Shown here piece by piece: positions 24,995 through 38,500 of a DNA stretch of 64,000 nt (its first letter is position 1; each line of letters begins with the position of its first letter). Source of the stretch: Marsupella aquatica (Eukaryota; Plantae; Marchantiophyta); the NCBI GenBank assembly GCA_973895155.1, contig OZ316894.1, positions 6,782,234-6,846,233 on the forward strand. Reading direction: 5' to 3'. The notes under the pieces were generated by a model. It was given only the letters and a program-made list of their open reading frames with translations. It was not told where the DNA came from and ran no database searches. A program made the translations under genes and the position numbers.

Positions 24995-25240
24995 ACTTCC
25001 TTGCATGGATCATGGAGGGAGGATCCTCCTTGATCCTTGTGCTTTATGTTAAAGTGTTTCATTTGTTTGTGGTTGTCCAGTGTGATTATTTCTTTCTTGG
25101 ACAATGGTGCAACTACAAGACTTACTTGCATGGATCATGGAGGAGAATCCTCCTTGACCCAAGTGCATCACGATAAAGTCCTTCATTTTTTTGTTGTTGT
25201 CTGGTGTGATTATTTCTTGCTTGGACAATGGTGCAACTCT
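24995..25240. repeat. Two-copy ~125-bp diverged tandem repeat, followed by CCCTAGAAAAA units (25270-25360)
   Basis: CTTGCATGGATCATGGAGG...GTGTGATTATTTC...TTGGACAATGGTGCAACT occurs twice. Confidence 0.7.
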
Positions 25241-26790
25241 TTTTGAGTCACACTAAACCAAATTCACACTTCGCCCTAGAAAAAAATTCCCTTAGAAAAA
25301 AGTTTCGCGCGAAAGTTTTCCCCAAAAATTCCCCTAGAAAAAAACTTCGCCCTAGACAAAGGGTATTATCTGTTGAAGTGAAACCCAAATAGTTTTGGCT
25401 AGGTACAAGTAGAACAATAAAAACGTTTTTACTGGGAAATTGAAAATGCCACTTTTGAAAGCTGTAAGCAAGAAAAAAATAACTTTTCCCTACTCAGAAT
25501 TGTAGTGGTAAACACTGGTTGGAACACTGACTCTTCAAGTACTATACTTAAGAGTCACTAACTGGAGGCAACATCTCATGAGATGTTCTGAGGTCTCATA
25601 TGCATTAATCTTAAGAAATAGATTTTTTATTTTTTTAATCCTGAACTAATTTGTAATATCTTTAAATTGGTTGAAGTGACACTGTCTTCTCTCACAAGTG
25701 TCAAAATTATATTTTAAAAACCCTATTGTTTTTACTCAAAAATAAATAAATCTTAATTTCAAGGCTGAACTTGTGAAATTTACTACATTATTACAGAAGA
25801 GACATCATCTTATTTTCAGCAACGTCAAAGTGAAAAACAAGTGAACAGCAATATGATTAAAATCCAAAACATTGGTGCGAGCAAGTGTCAGAATGTCGTT
25901 GTGTATGTGCAGAAAACGATGGTACTTTATTCATTATGTGCAATCCCTCGAACTACAGGTAGCTACTGTATATGGCAACTACTTGAAATCCTTGGTCAGC
26001 ATTATCTCAAGTTGTACAAAGGTAGTAGATTGGTTGGTTTCTAGAACTAGCACTTCAATTTCATTTAATTCGTCACACATCAGAGTTTCTCAGCAGTTCA
26101 TACTCCGTGAAATAGTATTTCATGTCTAGATCAAGAGTTTCCCTCCATGCACACCGAAGTATCCTAATATCCCAGCTATCTTCCCTATCTGCAACCGAAG
26201 TATGTAAATTTCAATCCTGTCGTTCATTCTTCGCTGCGATCTGTCTATTACTGCAACCCTTTCTATAGCTGAGTCTCTTCGCTGCGACATCAGCATTGCA
26301 CTTCGAATTCGAATGGATCGCCAGCGATGGGTCTCGATGTCTTCGAAGTTTGCCCGGGTGTGGATAAAGAACTAGGATCGAATGTTTAGAAACCCAAGCC
26401 CCCTCAATTTGCCTAAATACTTCAGTCGATATATAAAACACTTCAATGGCCACACGGTACGATCCTGTCCTGAAGCCTCGCTTAACCAAATTGTCCCTGG
26501 CTGTCATGTCTAATGGCTGTACCAGTAGGCTGAGCAATTCCTATCATGCGAGAATGAGTTGATGGACAAGCATTTATTCGAGTACTCTCAATGAGTAATT
26601 TTCCAAAGCTTGGAAATTAAATTTACAGTTGATACTTCTGATGGCAGACAGGAATTCCCGAAATTGTATAGGCTACTAGATTGCTAGCTTTCAAATAGAG
26701 AGCATTCTCTACGTTTGCACCGTTATTCGTTGTCGCCTGAGAACAGATTGTTGCTGGAAAAAATAAATTTGATCTAGCAAAGCAGATTTA

Positions 26791-27978
<1,188 letters not shown>

Positions 27979-28362
27979 TTAATCACCTGCCCAAAGCACA
28001 CAACAGCGTTTGAATTTAAAAAATGAAGGAGGCCTTACCTTCAGAGAAATTCGTTATTGAGCAACGGAGAAATGAATTGCAGCTCGATCCTGTCAGCAAC
28101 AGTAGGCGTCCCGTAACAGCAGCTGAATCACAGAGCACACAGGTATAGCAAGACAATGCTGCTTTTTAATTGAGCTTGTCCTTCAGAATCGAGCGTCCTG
28201 TCCCAATACACACACGGATCCTAACGAATTCGCAATCTGATGAGACCGAGACCGAGACCGAGAAAAATAGCATCGGCGAATGGAGGTGGGGCCGAAGGAG
28301 TGCAATGCGGGATGGAAGTTTTGAAGGCGACGGCGATAAAGGATGTAGGGACCACAGGGAGG

Positions 28363-28559
28363 ACTCGTTTCTTGCACATTGATACCAATTTCTTCGTTCA
28401 TTCGTCGGGCATTGTTGTCGTGCTTCACGACGACAAATTGTGTGGGCCAGGGCATCTGCCCACTCGTTTCCTGCACATTGATAAAATCAATCCTTTCGTT
28501 CATTCGTCGGGCATTGTTGTCATGCTTCACGGCGACAAAATGTGTGGGCCAGGGCATCT
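28363..28559. repeat. 99-bp tandem duplication upstream of GGPPS
   Basis: ACTCGTTTCYTGCACATTGATA...TGTGTGGGCCAGGGCATCT starting at 28363 and 28462. Confidence 0.9.
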
Positions 28560-30006
28560 TGTTGGGCAGGAGAGTGTAAGGGTATTTGGCCGGACAATCC
28601 GAGGGGGTTTTTATACCCGACTGGTGGACTGATGGACAGGAAGTGAGAAAACACTTAAACAGCCAATATTGTGGCACGAAAGTTAATCCATGGACCCCCT
28701 AGCTTAGGGTTCAGTTGAGCTAAAACATTACTGCTTGTAAAATGTATAATAAAATGTATAAGGACGCAACTAGGGATACTAGAAAATCCCAGTGAAAAGG
28801 AAAGATTCATGAGACATAGGAAGATGTTTGAGACTAGGCAAAGCTTTAGAAGGTCTTACTTTGAATATCTAAATTTTGAACTCTACAATTTGACGGATGA
28901 AATCAAAAGAAAATCTGAGCGCTGCCACCTATAAACAAGTTGGGCAACTGATAGAACAATATGATATCTATCCAACCATTCATCTACCCAAAAGTATGAC
29001 AAAATAAAATATGCTGGTACTTACTTCTAAACAGAATTGAAGGACTTCTAGCACATACTTTGTCTCATCTGTAATTGTGGAACATTTCCTGAAAGGCTGA
29101 AATTCAGTTTCAAGTACTGTAGCTCACTTCTGGAGTGGAGAGCTTTGGTTCTAAATGGTTGAAAATCTTCTGGTAAAATATGTTTGCTAGAATCTTCTAG
29201 AGGAAACCACAGAATATCTTAGCTTGTATCACTTGCAAATAGTATAAGCAAAACAATCAAGTTTGGTGATGTAAAGTGCTCAATAGAGGTCACTAAATAA
29301 TCCTGGGCTGAAAAGAAGATGATGTCCCGCTTCCTTGGGCACTAAGAGTTGAGAAGTATTGGTACCCACTGAGTTAGCCAGTGAGGTTTGACACGCAGAA
29401 AAACAGAAAAAATAGCTAGGGTCGCCTTATCATGAATTCTCTGTCCAACCAACATAGTGGGAGGAGTTGTAAAAGTGGTAAAGAGAGTCTAATAGGGGTC
29501 ACTGGATTTGTTAGCATGCAGCTCTATACAACTTTGTATCAGCTCCCTCAAAAAGGACTAAAGCAACATATAAGTCAGATAATTATTTGCAGAATATTGA
29601 GAATGCTACAAGCATTGCTAGCTTATGATAGCCCAGAATGCGCGATATATAGCCACCGCGGGTATAAATTCATCATTTCAATTCATTCTATCAAACAAAA
29701 GCCAATTCAAATGTCCCCTAATTTCTACCTGCCAGTAATGTCCAAAATTACCTATGCAATTGTTGGTTCAGGAATATCAGAATCTCTTCTCTGAATGAGC
29801 TGAAAAGTAATGACTAAGAAAATGTCAAATGGACCTAGGTGGTGACACCTAATAAGGATTCTATGATCTCAAAATGTGTGAACAACCTCAGATGCAATAA
29901 ACTGAATAAATTGAGAAGTGGAAAGCAAGACCAGAATTTCCAAAGACTAACCTGTGTAGAGGGTCTTCCTTTCAATGATCTTTGTGTAAATGCTACAACT
30001 TTGCTG

Positions 30007-30360
30007 AACTTGACTCACAAAGTTATCTTCAAATTGGCAACATGAGGCTTAGTTCTTCTCCTTACAAAATCCTCAATGAAGTTATTAGATGTTCTATAGA
30101 CGACACAGTTCCAATACAAGGATGAAATGACGAGCCTCTTTATCCAACTATAGGACTGCAGAAACTTCCATGATCCACAAGAAGATATGGTGGCACATGA
30201 GGTCTGGGCACACATGATCACCAAAAAGCTATGCTGGCAAATGGAGCAGGGGCATAGAATTTTACTAATATCTTGAGATGGGGCTCCAAAAGGTCAAGGA
30301 GTATCAAGTTTGCTAGGCATTGAATGACATTATGGCATGCTACTACTATGGTAGAAATGT
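30007..30360. repeat. Dispersed repeat, copy 2
   Basis: Homologous to 1130-1345. Confidence 0.7.
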
Positions 30361-31128
30361 GACTGACTGAACAGCTCAAAGTAGTTATGATTTTTTTTAA
30401 TTTTTAATTTTAATAATTTTTTGGGATCAAATTAGGCATTTTATTAGAAAGGGAATGACTCACTCATCCATACATTTTGGATCATTTGAAGAAAATTGGT
30501 CATTCAAATTCCTTCTTTCATGGAATTGAGGTAACTATGTTAACATAGTTAGTCATTTTGGGATCAAATGGTTCTTTTTCTTTGTTTTTATCATTTTCCC
30601 TTTTTTCCTCCTTTTCCCCTAACCCTAATCTTCTCCTCTTTTCAAAATTTCTTGGTCTCCTTTTTCTCTCATTGATTACAAATGTGCACTACGTGCCTAC
30701 TATGTAATACCTTCAATTAAGCTCCTATCAATATTCCATAGGACATCATGAAACCCTATGGAGAATGTAGCACTGCTTAATTATGCATAGACGGTAGAGA
30801 GAGGAGCACTTGAGCCTATTGCCAAAGACAATTTTTTTTCTTTCCTTCACATTCATTCACTCTTTCATTCACATTCATTCACATTCCCTCCAATTTCTTG
30901 CAACCTTTTTGTTCACCCAAGATGCCCTGCCAAATTTGAATGACGATCATCTTTAAAAAAAACACAACCTTGCATTGTGGTTTTTGATTTAGAGTCACAG
31001 CCTAAGTAAATTTTACTCTGTACATAGTAGGCCTAAGCCCAAGCTTCACTCTAAGTAGACATATGTACACATTTAGAGTCACAATCTAGAGGCTGCACTC
31101 TAGACACTAGGCCCAACTAAGGAGCTTA

Positions 31129-33780
31129 GTTTTTTTTCTTTCTTGAAAGGAGCACTTTACTTAACAGGAAGTAAATCCCAATAAAAAACAAGGAATCACC
31201 GGCCAGACCCAGCAAAGGGACAAGGACCAAAAACCACTCAAAGACCAGACACATCTAGTCATTAGGGCAAAGAATGACAGGAACGGTGAAAAGTTTAAAA
31301 AACAACAATCACCCACCACAAAAATAACCTATGATCCATGTGGTATGTCACATATGTAAGAATCCTTAAAAATGGAAGAATAAATGGTTGAATGACGAAC
31401 TTTCAAAACTTTTTGGAGCTTTTTGATTGCATTTAAGTCATTTGGTGACTTACAACAGGATATCACTAAAGCTCCTATTTATTTGAAAACCTTCAAGAAC
31501 TTCAGTTCAGCTTGAAATTTGCAAGCATGATCTTTGGAGTATAATCTACTTGTTGGCATAGTTCAAGACTTTTTGGAGTTGGTTTACTTGGTTTTTGATC
31601 TGGTCTATGTTAGACGATTCATTGTTATATTGGTATTTAATTACATCACGTTTTAATTAGGTCTACTTTGTTTTACATATTACTTTTCTTTGGAGGATGA
31701 AGAGGTATGTCTTTTCATCTTTCCAAGGATATCCTTAATATTTATTTTAGTTAGTTTTTGGTTTTCAAGGAGTGAAAAGTTACACCTTTTCATTCCCTCT
31801 TGACCATCATTGCTTGAGGCATTATATAAGGAAGGGTGATACACTAGTTAGGTAAGTTAGTTCTTGCATATCTTAGCCGAGAGATTGTCCCTTTGACACT
31901 GATTATGGAGACATTTAAGACATGTTTTGAATGTCGCTCCTTAGGTGAAGAAAAGGAGACTAACTTCCTTCTATATTAGATTCCATGAGGAATTTGGATA
32001 TGGAAGTAAAACTACATAAATACATGTGATTTGTATCTTGGATCATAGATAACATTGGCTTGGGATCCAATATATGAAACTCTTTCCTTATGAAACTCTA
32101 GAGTTGTCCAAAATATCTTTGACCATGTATGATTGGTAAGAATTTATGGAAGTCTAGAGGAGAATTCATTTCAAGCTTTATAGGGTAAAAGTCATTCTCA
32201 TAAGTTTTAGTACCGCCATTGGCAAACAAAGACTAGTAGCATTCATACCAAGTTGCGCATCGCCAGAGTATTGAATCCTATTGCCGACAGTTTACTAGTT
32301 GGGACTACGCATAATGTCCAGAAAGATCTTTGTGGGCTTGGTGAACTTACTAGAATGAGGAGAAATGAGAGTATAAATTTAGGAAGCAGTCAGAGAGGGG
32401 TTTTGTGTACCTTTTAACATCTTAAAGTGGCCATATCCTTCCCTAAACTATGGTGATGGAGGTAGCGCAATGCTGAAGCCTGGTTTTAAAAGTCCTAGAG
32501 TTATAGTCTATGAAAGAGAATTGTGCATTTTGGTTTCAAATGTGTAAGAGGTTGAGTTTCCTTGTTAAACCACTCATTTGTGTTAAAACATTCCATTCCC
32601 ATGATTCTATTTTGCTCTTTAGGGGAATGAATTTTGAGTTTTTACTTTTGTTATATGCATTTTATGCATTGACCCTATACAACAATCCAAAAGCAAATAT
32701 GAGGGCTAACTCACACCTAAGGCCAGGCAGAGAACCAGCCATGAAACTGAAACTGAAGCACTGAACCAGGACAAAAATCCAAAATGAAGAGGATATAATG
32801 TGCATTTGTACAGATCCTAACTACCGGACCAAGAAACAATCGCCAAACAGCGAATCCTAGTCAAAGAACTAAAATAAATCACGGGGGATTAAAGAACCAA
32901 AGAGGCCTAACGTCGAGTACAAACTATCCATCTTGCAAACAGTAGAGACCTCCATTATGCCCAAAATTGCGTTGCATCTTACCCAAGAGCTCCCTTCTGC
33001 CGGGCCTTCTGCATCGCCCCTCATCCGTAGCCCGAGCCCGACCCTCATTCCAGGCAATTTTCATATGCATTCGGAGCTCATGCCACATTTTAAATAGAAT
33101 GCCCACACTCGAGATGCAAACTTGTTCTTTTTCCAACAAACATTGTGCTTTCCAAAGTTGCCAACAAGTAATCCCTCGAGCAATGTTCCATAGCTTTATC
33201 CGAAAAGGGCCTGAGCGGGATTAATATTGAAATATAAAGCCCAGGGTCCAACATCTTGAATGAGAACGCATTTTATCCAATTCCAAACCCTATGCGACTC
33301 TGGACATCCCCATAAGCAATGAAGTATATCTTCATGAGCATGATTGACACATCACAAACACCATCATTCTTCTGCACTGCATAGAAATGGAATGATTACC
33401 CCGTCTTCGTCTCTGCGCATTGACCTTCTCCCAATGTAGTGCTTTGTAGCGATAATTCTCTGTGCAACCTGCCATAAGAAAAAAATTATTTTTTCTTCCC
33501 GATAGGACTTCCAAATACTTTTCCAAATGTAGGTATTCCCAGGAACAGCGCGAAGCTCCATCCTCCATTTACTAAGGCCAAGTGACTCCAACAAATCTCT
33601 ACCTTGCAGCAGTTTTCGGAAGTACGTTGTAGAAGCATGAAAGAATTTATGATCACCTTTCCATTGAAAACAATCAACAAAACCCAATGTAGAGCATGAA
33701 GGACCTTTTACTCCAATCCCGTATTTTTTTACTCCAATTTTTTTCACTAGAAGTGATAGATCTTCACCATGGTACATACT
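31129..33780 (-). mobile_element. 5'-truncated L1-type LINE remnant (C-terminal zf-RVT region), interrupted by a solo LTR
   Basis: Minus-strand fragments read WKSIWKSYREEKIIFFLWQVAQR...C..C...EDILHCLWGCPESHRVWNW...CWQLWKAQC. A T-run at ~31129-31137 would be the poly(A) tail. Confidence 0.8.
31339..32684. mobile_element. Solo LTR, 1346 bp
   Basis: Starts TG, ends CA, flanked by perfect 5-bp TSD ATCCA (31334-31338 and 32685-32689). TATA-like TTATATAAGG near 31822. No coding domains; splits the LINE 3' region. Confidence 0.8.
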
Positions 33781-34806
33781 TAAGTGACTTTGGCTTCCTA
33801 TTTGGCTTGAAACACTCTCTCTATTACTCGTGATATTCTAGAATCCTCATCAAAGACAACTTGTCTTGAATGTTTTTGTTGACTTGACCTCCTCCTTCTT
33901 TGGGGCTCTGCAAGGCCATATAGTTCTTAGTTGATCTTCTACAAAGCACCATAATGTTGCAAGTGTTCCCCTAACTAGTCAAAACAACTTTCATTAAATA
34001 ACAGAAAACCACATATACTCATCAACATTTTACGTATGGTGAGGGAGTCTGGAAAATACCAAGCCAGGTAACTTAGACTCAACATTACTTAATTTGAGAT
34101 GATTTAAGATGAAGAATCCGCAAGGATATTTTTAAAAATGAATGTTTTACTATGATGGTTTATTAAAGTGTCGTCAACATATGTTAACTTTTCCTTCCAA
34201 GGTACTAAGTTATAGGATTAACAACCAATCACTTCAGCATCCAATTGGTACTTTGAGTCACAAATATCAAGCACCATCATCAACAACTTAAAGTTATAGG
34301 TAATTCCAGGATAAAATTCTTTGCACTTCGTGCACAAGCAATGTTATGCCAATAACATATGCATCAAGAACTCAAGAATATATAGCCTTCATCAATTAAG
34401 GAATCTATTTCCATACATTCAAAAGATTCATCAATCACAAAATTTTACTTCTCTGGTATGAAATCTCAACATTCAAACACAAGGAAGGGGAGAAATTCTT
34501 TGTATTAAGTATTCAACAACATAGAGTGCTTACTACAAATGAAGGTAACAAAATTGCAGACTTGCAATTGAGTGCTCATAAAATTTCTTCACACAAGAAA
34601 TGACATGAGAACTACTACTTACATGCTAGCAAGAATCAAAGGGAAAAGAGATAATGAAAGGACATGCCCTTTCATATCTCAAGGGTCATGGGGTAAAGTA
34701 AAAGTAACAAAACTACAAGAGTACCTATGGTTCACATGAATAATTCTAAAATATAAAACCAACTAAAAGATATTTCAAATGTTAATTATTGTAATAGGGG
34801 TTCTGT

Positions 34807-35552
34807 CCTAATTTTAATTTCTAAACTAAAAGTCATAAAAATATGAGACTTTGCTGTGTATCCCATTTCGCATTCAATGTTGAGGTTTTGACATTTAAAA
34901 ACTAAGATGCTTCATATTTGGAGGATGGATACGATATGGGATACCCCGTATTCCACTTCGCATCCAATCTCTTTTTTTTAGCTAAAGAGAAACAAAAACT
35001 GGACATTTGAAGGTTGAATCTCAAACGGGATACACCGTATCCCATTTGGGATTTGTCCTCGCCATTTTCATAAAGATTCTCACGTTAGTCAAATCTAATT
35101 TTCAGGGAATATGAATTTGTATAGACGGTGTGCATTCGTCAAGAGGAAGAGGATACGGAGCGAGAAAAAATGAGCGGAAAATTTTGAGTGTGGATCTTCT
35201 GTTTATAGTTTTCTCCCTGACCGTGGTTAGTTTTTGACTGTAGTTGCATCACAGTTGGTTAAATGTTACCATTGATAAGAATCGTTTGGGAATATTCTTA
35301 ACGGGTAAACCGATATCGGCACTTTTACTGTGTTTGTTTTATCTTTTTTTGGAATTCCGCGGTTCCAAAATGGGATACGCCGTATCCCACCTTTGTATTC
35401 GTGTCAATTTTTCCCATTTTTTAAAATCTAAAAACTAGTTTTTAGAGGGAATACTAATTCCGTATCCAAGACTTTTTTGCTTTAGAAACTTTTTCCGCTG
35501 CGGACAAAACAAGAATTGTGGTCACACTTCTCTTTTGGTCCGTCACTATGTT
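34807..35552 (-). mobile_element. Terminal fragment (copy 1) of an unclassified DNA-transposon-like element with palindromic GGGATAC-N3-GTATCCC boxes
   Basis: About 35020-35552 aligns with about 54285-54826, and both end at ...GGTCYRTCACTATGTT. Multiple GGGATACNNNGTATCCC palindromes. Flanked by GGGGTTCTGT at 34797-34806 and 35553-35562. Confidence 0.6.
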
Positions 35553-38500
35553 GGGGTTCTGTGATAACATGGTTAAGAAAACAAACAACAAAGAAAGTGA
35601 AAAAAATTAAAATTAAAATTATTAAAAGTCTAATTAAAGACCCTTTAAAAGGCTATGAGAAAAGAAAAAGGCTCAACTAAAAAAGTATGTTGAAACAATA
35701 ATGCAAGGAGGCTCTTCCCTTCTAGTTGAGGATCGTGGGTCCGGATTATATAGGATCATTTCTAGTTCCTATGAGAGCAAGGTGTAAGAGAACATTGACA
35801 GACTTGTGTGAGGTGACAACCTACTCTTAAGCATGGAAGATCTTACACTAAGACGGACACTAAGACTCTCTTCTTGGTTGGTAGATGACAGAAGTTCCTC
35901 TCTCACAATTCCAAAAGATTGTCCAAGCTCGACCTGAAGCATGGACTAAGTCATGGTGTGAGAGAAACTCTATAGCTTCTAGTGAAGGGGAGTGGATTCT
36001 GCTCCAAATGAGAGAATCTGATAGTAAAATACTTTGGTGGCAAAATGGATACCAAAGAAGGATGGATGATCAACCAGTGCACCCACAAAGATCTAAAAAA
36101 TATGATGGTCTTCCTAGTCCATTGAACTCAAATTTTGATATTGATACTATTTTTGAGTTCTTAATTTAAAATATCAGGTTTTAAAAATTTTATGTGGAAA
36201 ACATGTATCAAATCTGTAATGAAAAATACAAAATGTCGATGTGTAAATTATAAATACTATCATTTTCTTTCTTAGTTTTTGAATACATTTTGAAAAATTC
36301 ATAAAATCTGGAAAAACAAATTAGTGTATTGGACACATTTTTCAAGGCTTCTTGTTTCAAGCGCTAACATAATTGTTTTTGAATGATTTTTAGGGGTAGT
36401 GAAAGTCAGACAACAAATTGACACTTTGGAACTTTAAACTATAAAAATGATATAAAATGACATGATATTTTTTACAAACTAAGATATTAATAAAACATGG
36501 AGAGTTATATGGGTGCACCTAAAGTTCTTGTGATGTGAAGGAAAAACATATATTATTATTTCAATTTTAAATTTAGCAAATGCTATCATGCGAGACAGAG
36601 AAGAGGAAGAAGATGGAATGGATGCTAATTGCTTATAATTAACCATTGATTGGTTTGTGAAGGAAACTAATTTTTCCAATTTTTGATTTGAATTCTAAAA
36701 TCAGATTAGAATTACTTGGAAGATGATATGTTAAATTTATATAAATTTGAGCCAAAATTGATTAGAGAATTGAGAAATATGATCAATTTAGTTTCGACGA
36801 AAAACTTCATGGATGGCGTGAACAATCTGCGTGTAAGAACATCCAGGACGTCACTTTGTTGACGGCTCAGATAGCCTCCATGTAAGAACGTCCAGAACGT
36901 CACCAAATTTTGAAGTGATCCAAGACGACAATGAAAAGACGTCAGAATGGTTTGACATCCTAGAATAAAGCCGTCCAAAACATCAACTTTGACAGCCCAT
37001 AATTTTTGCACCACTTGGCCAAAAATTTAAAAAATTTAGTGCATTATAAAGGTATATATTGTAGACCACTACCAAATTCTTTTGACTCCAAGCAAAAATT
37101 GAATAATCACGACTTTTCATTCTTGGAGAATCATTCTAGTATCAATGAGAATGACAAATCAAAATTTTCAACTTCTAAGAGTACAATTATCAGTTTTGAG
37201 ATTTCAAAAGATTAGATTCTTCTTGTTGCATTAGAATTGAGGTATGAGTGAGAGGGGAAAATCTATTGACCTCAAGAAACCTGAGGAAACGATTATACCT
37301 TTTGAAAGTCAAGTGTTGAAACTTACTCGATTGCAACCATATTTCAAAGCAATCAATAGTCTTCCTACCAAAATTGTGACACACAGATGAAGCACATTGA
37401 ATGCAATAGGAAGTTGGACTATTGATCACCTCACGAGTAGTCGTTCTACTAATATCAATTTGCGATTGGGCCAAAATTGGTGGTATCGCAATAAAACAAG
37501 ATAAGATATCGAGTTTGTGCTCCTATTTTGCTTGATAGCAGACCAGGAAAAAAAATTGAAAAGAAACCCGTGTTAAGGATTGAATCATCCGTGCCAGAAA
37601 GATTAGAAATTGGGGTATTTACACCAAAAAATTTGGATTCTACGTCAGATATCTCAAGTTCCAATTCAGATTCTAGCGGAAGTATAGTGGTTAGCACTCA
37701 AGGATCAATCAATCATTTTGTATCAATTTTTCTTAATCTAGCATCTATCTAAGCAAAATTTCAACTACTGTCTATACCTCTTACTTGGTGACTCTTACCT
37801 CCCACCTCCATAATGGCTAAAAATATAGTAAAGTTTGATAAATTTTATGGGAAGGAGAAGGAAGATGCGAAAACCTACCTTAAAGAATATGAAGCATCAA
37901 CTGCCACAAACAATCAAAATACAGATAATGAGAAGGTAGTAAACTACCTTAATTACAGAGAGGAGATAGAAGAAAAAGATTTGTATGAATATAATAATAT
38001 ATATGCACTTCAAACTCAGAATCTAGACCTTAGTATTTTTCTATAGCATAACTTGGACCTTCTCAAAGATCGGTACCAAGACCACCGATGGGACCTTCAG
38101 GAGGTTATCCACCTAAGGGGAGGTGGATTACATTTTTGTTGATGAAAAATTAATAGTAAATCGAGTGGTAGACACTATTGGTAATACTGAAAATCTGGAA
38201 GAAGAACTGCTAGTAAAATCCACACCCTTATCTCTAGAAGTTTTTGGGCAACCCTTGATTGGAAACGTTGTTGACACGGAAGTGAAAGATTTAGTCAAAA
38301 CGGGAGTAACAGGTCAACCAAATACTAGGGTGCACAATCGTGTCACATTTTGGATACTTTTGCAACCACTCGATCTAAAGAAAAAGGGGAAGAAGAAAGA
38401 AATATTGATTATAAGAATGGAAAGAAGAAAAAACCCTCTAAGAAGAAGAAGACCTCCTTTGAGGAAGGTTTACCTAAAGATCAAGATCCAGTCTATGATA

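Noticed and set aside
34790-37460. Candidate 5' LTR of gypsy A
   Set aside because: TG start and TATA-like signals are plausible, but there is no partner LTR, TSD or assignable PBS, so boundaries cannot be supported.
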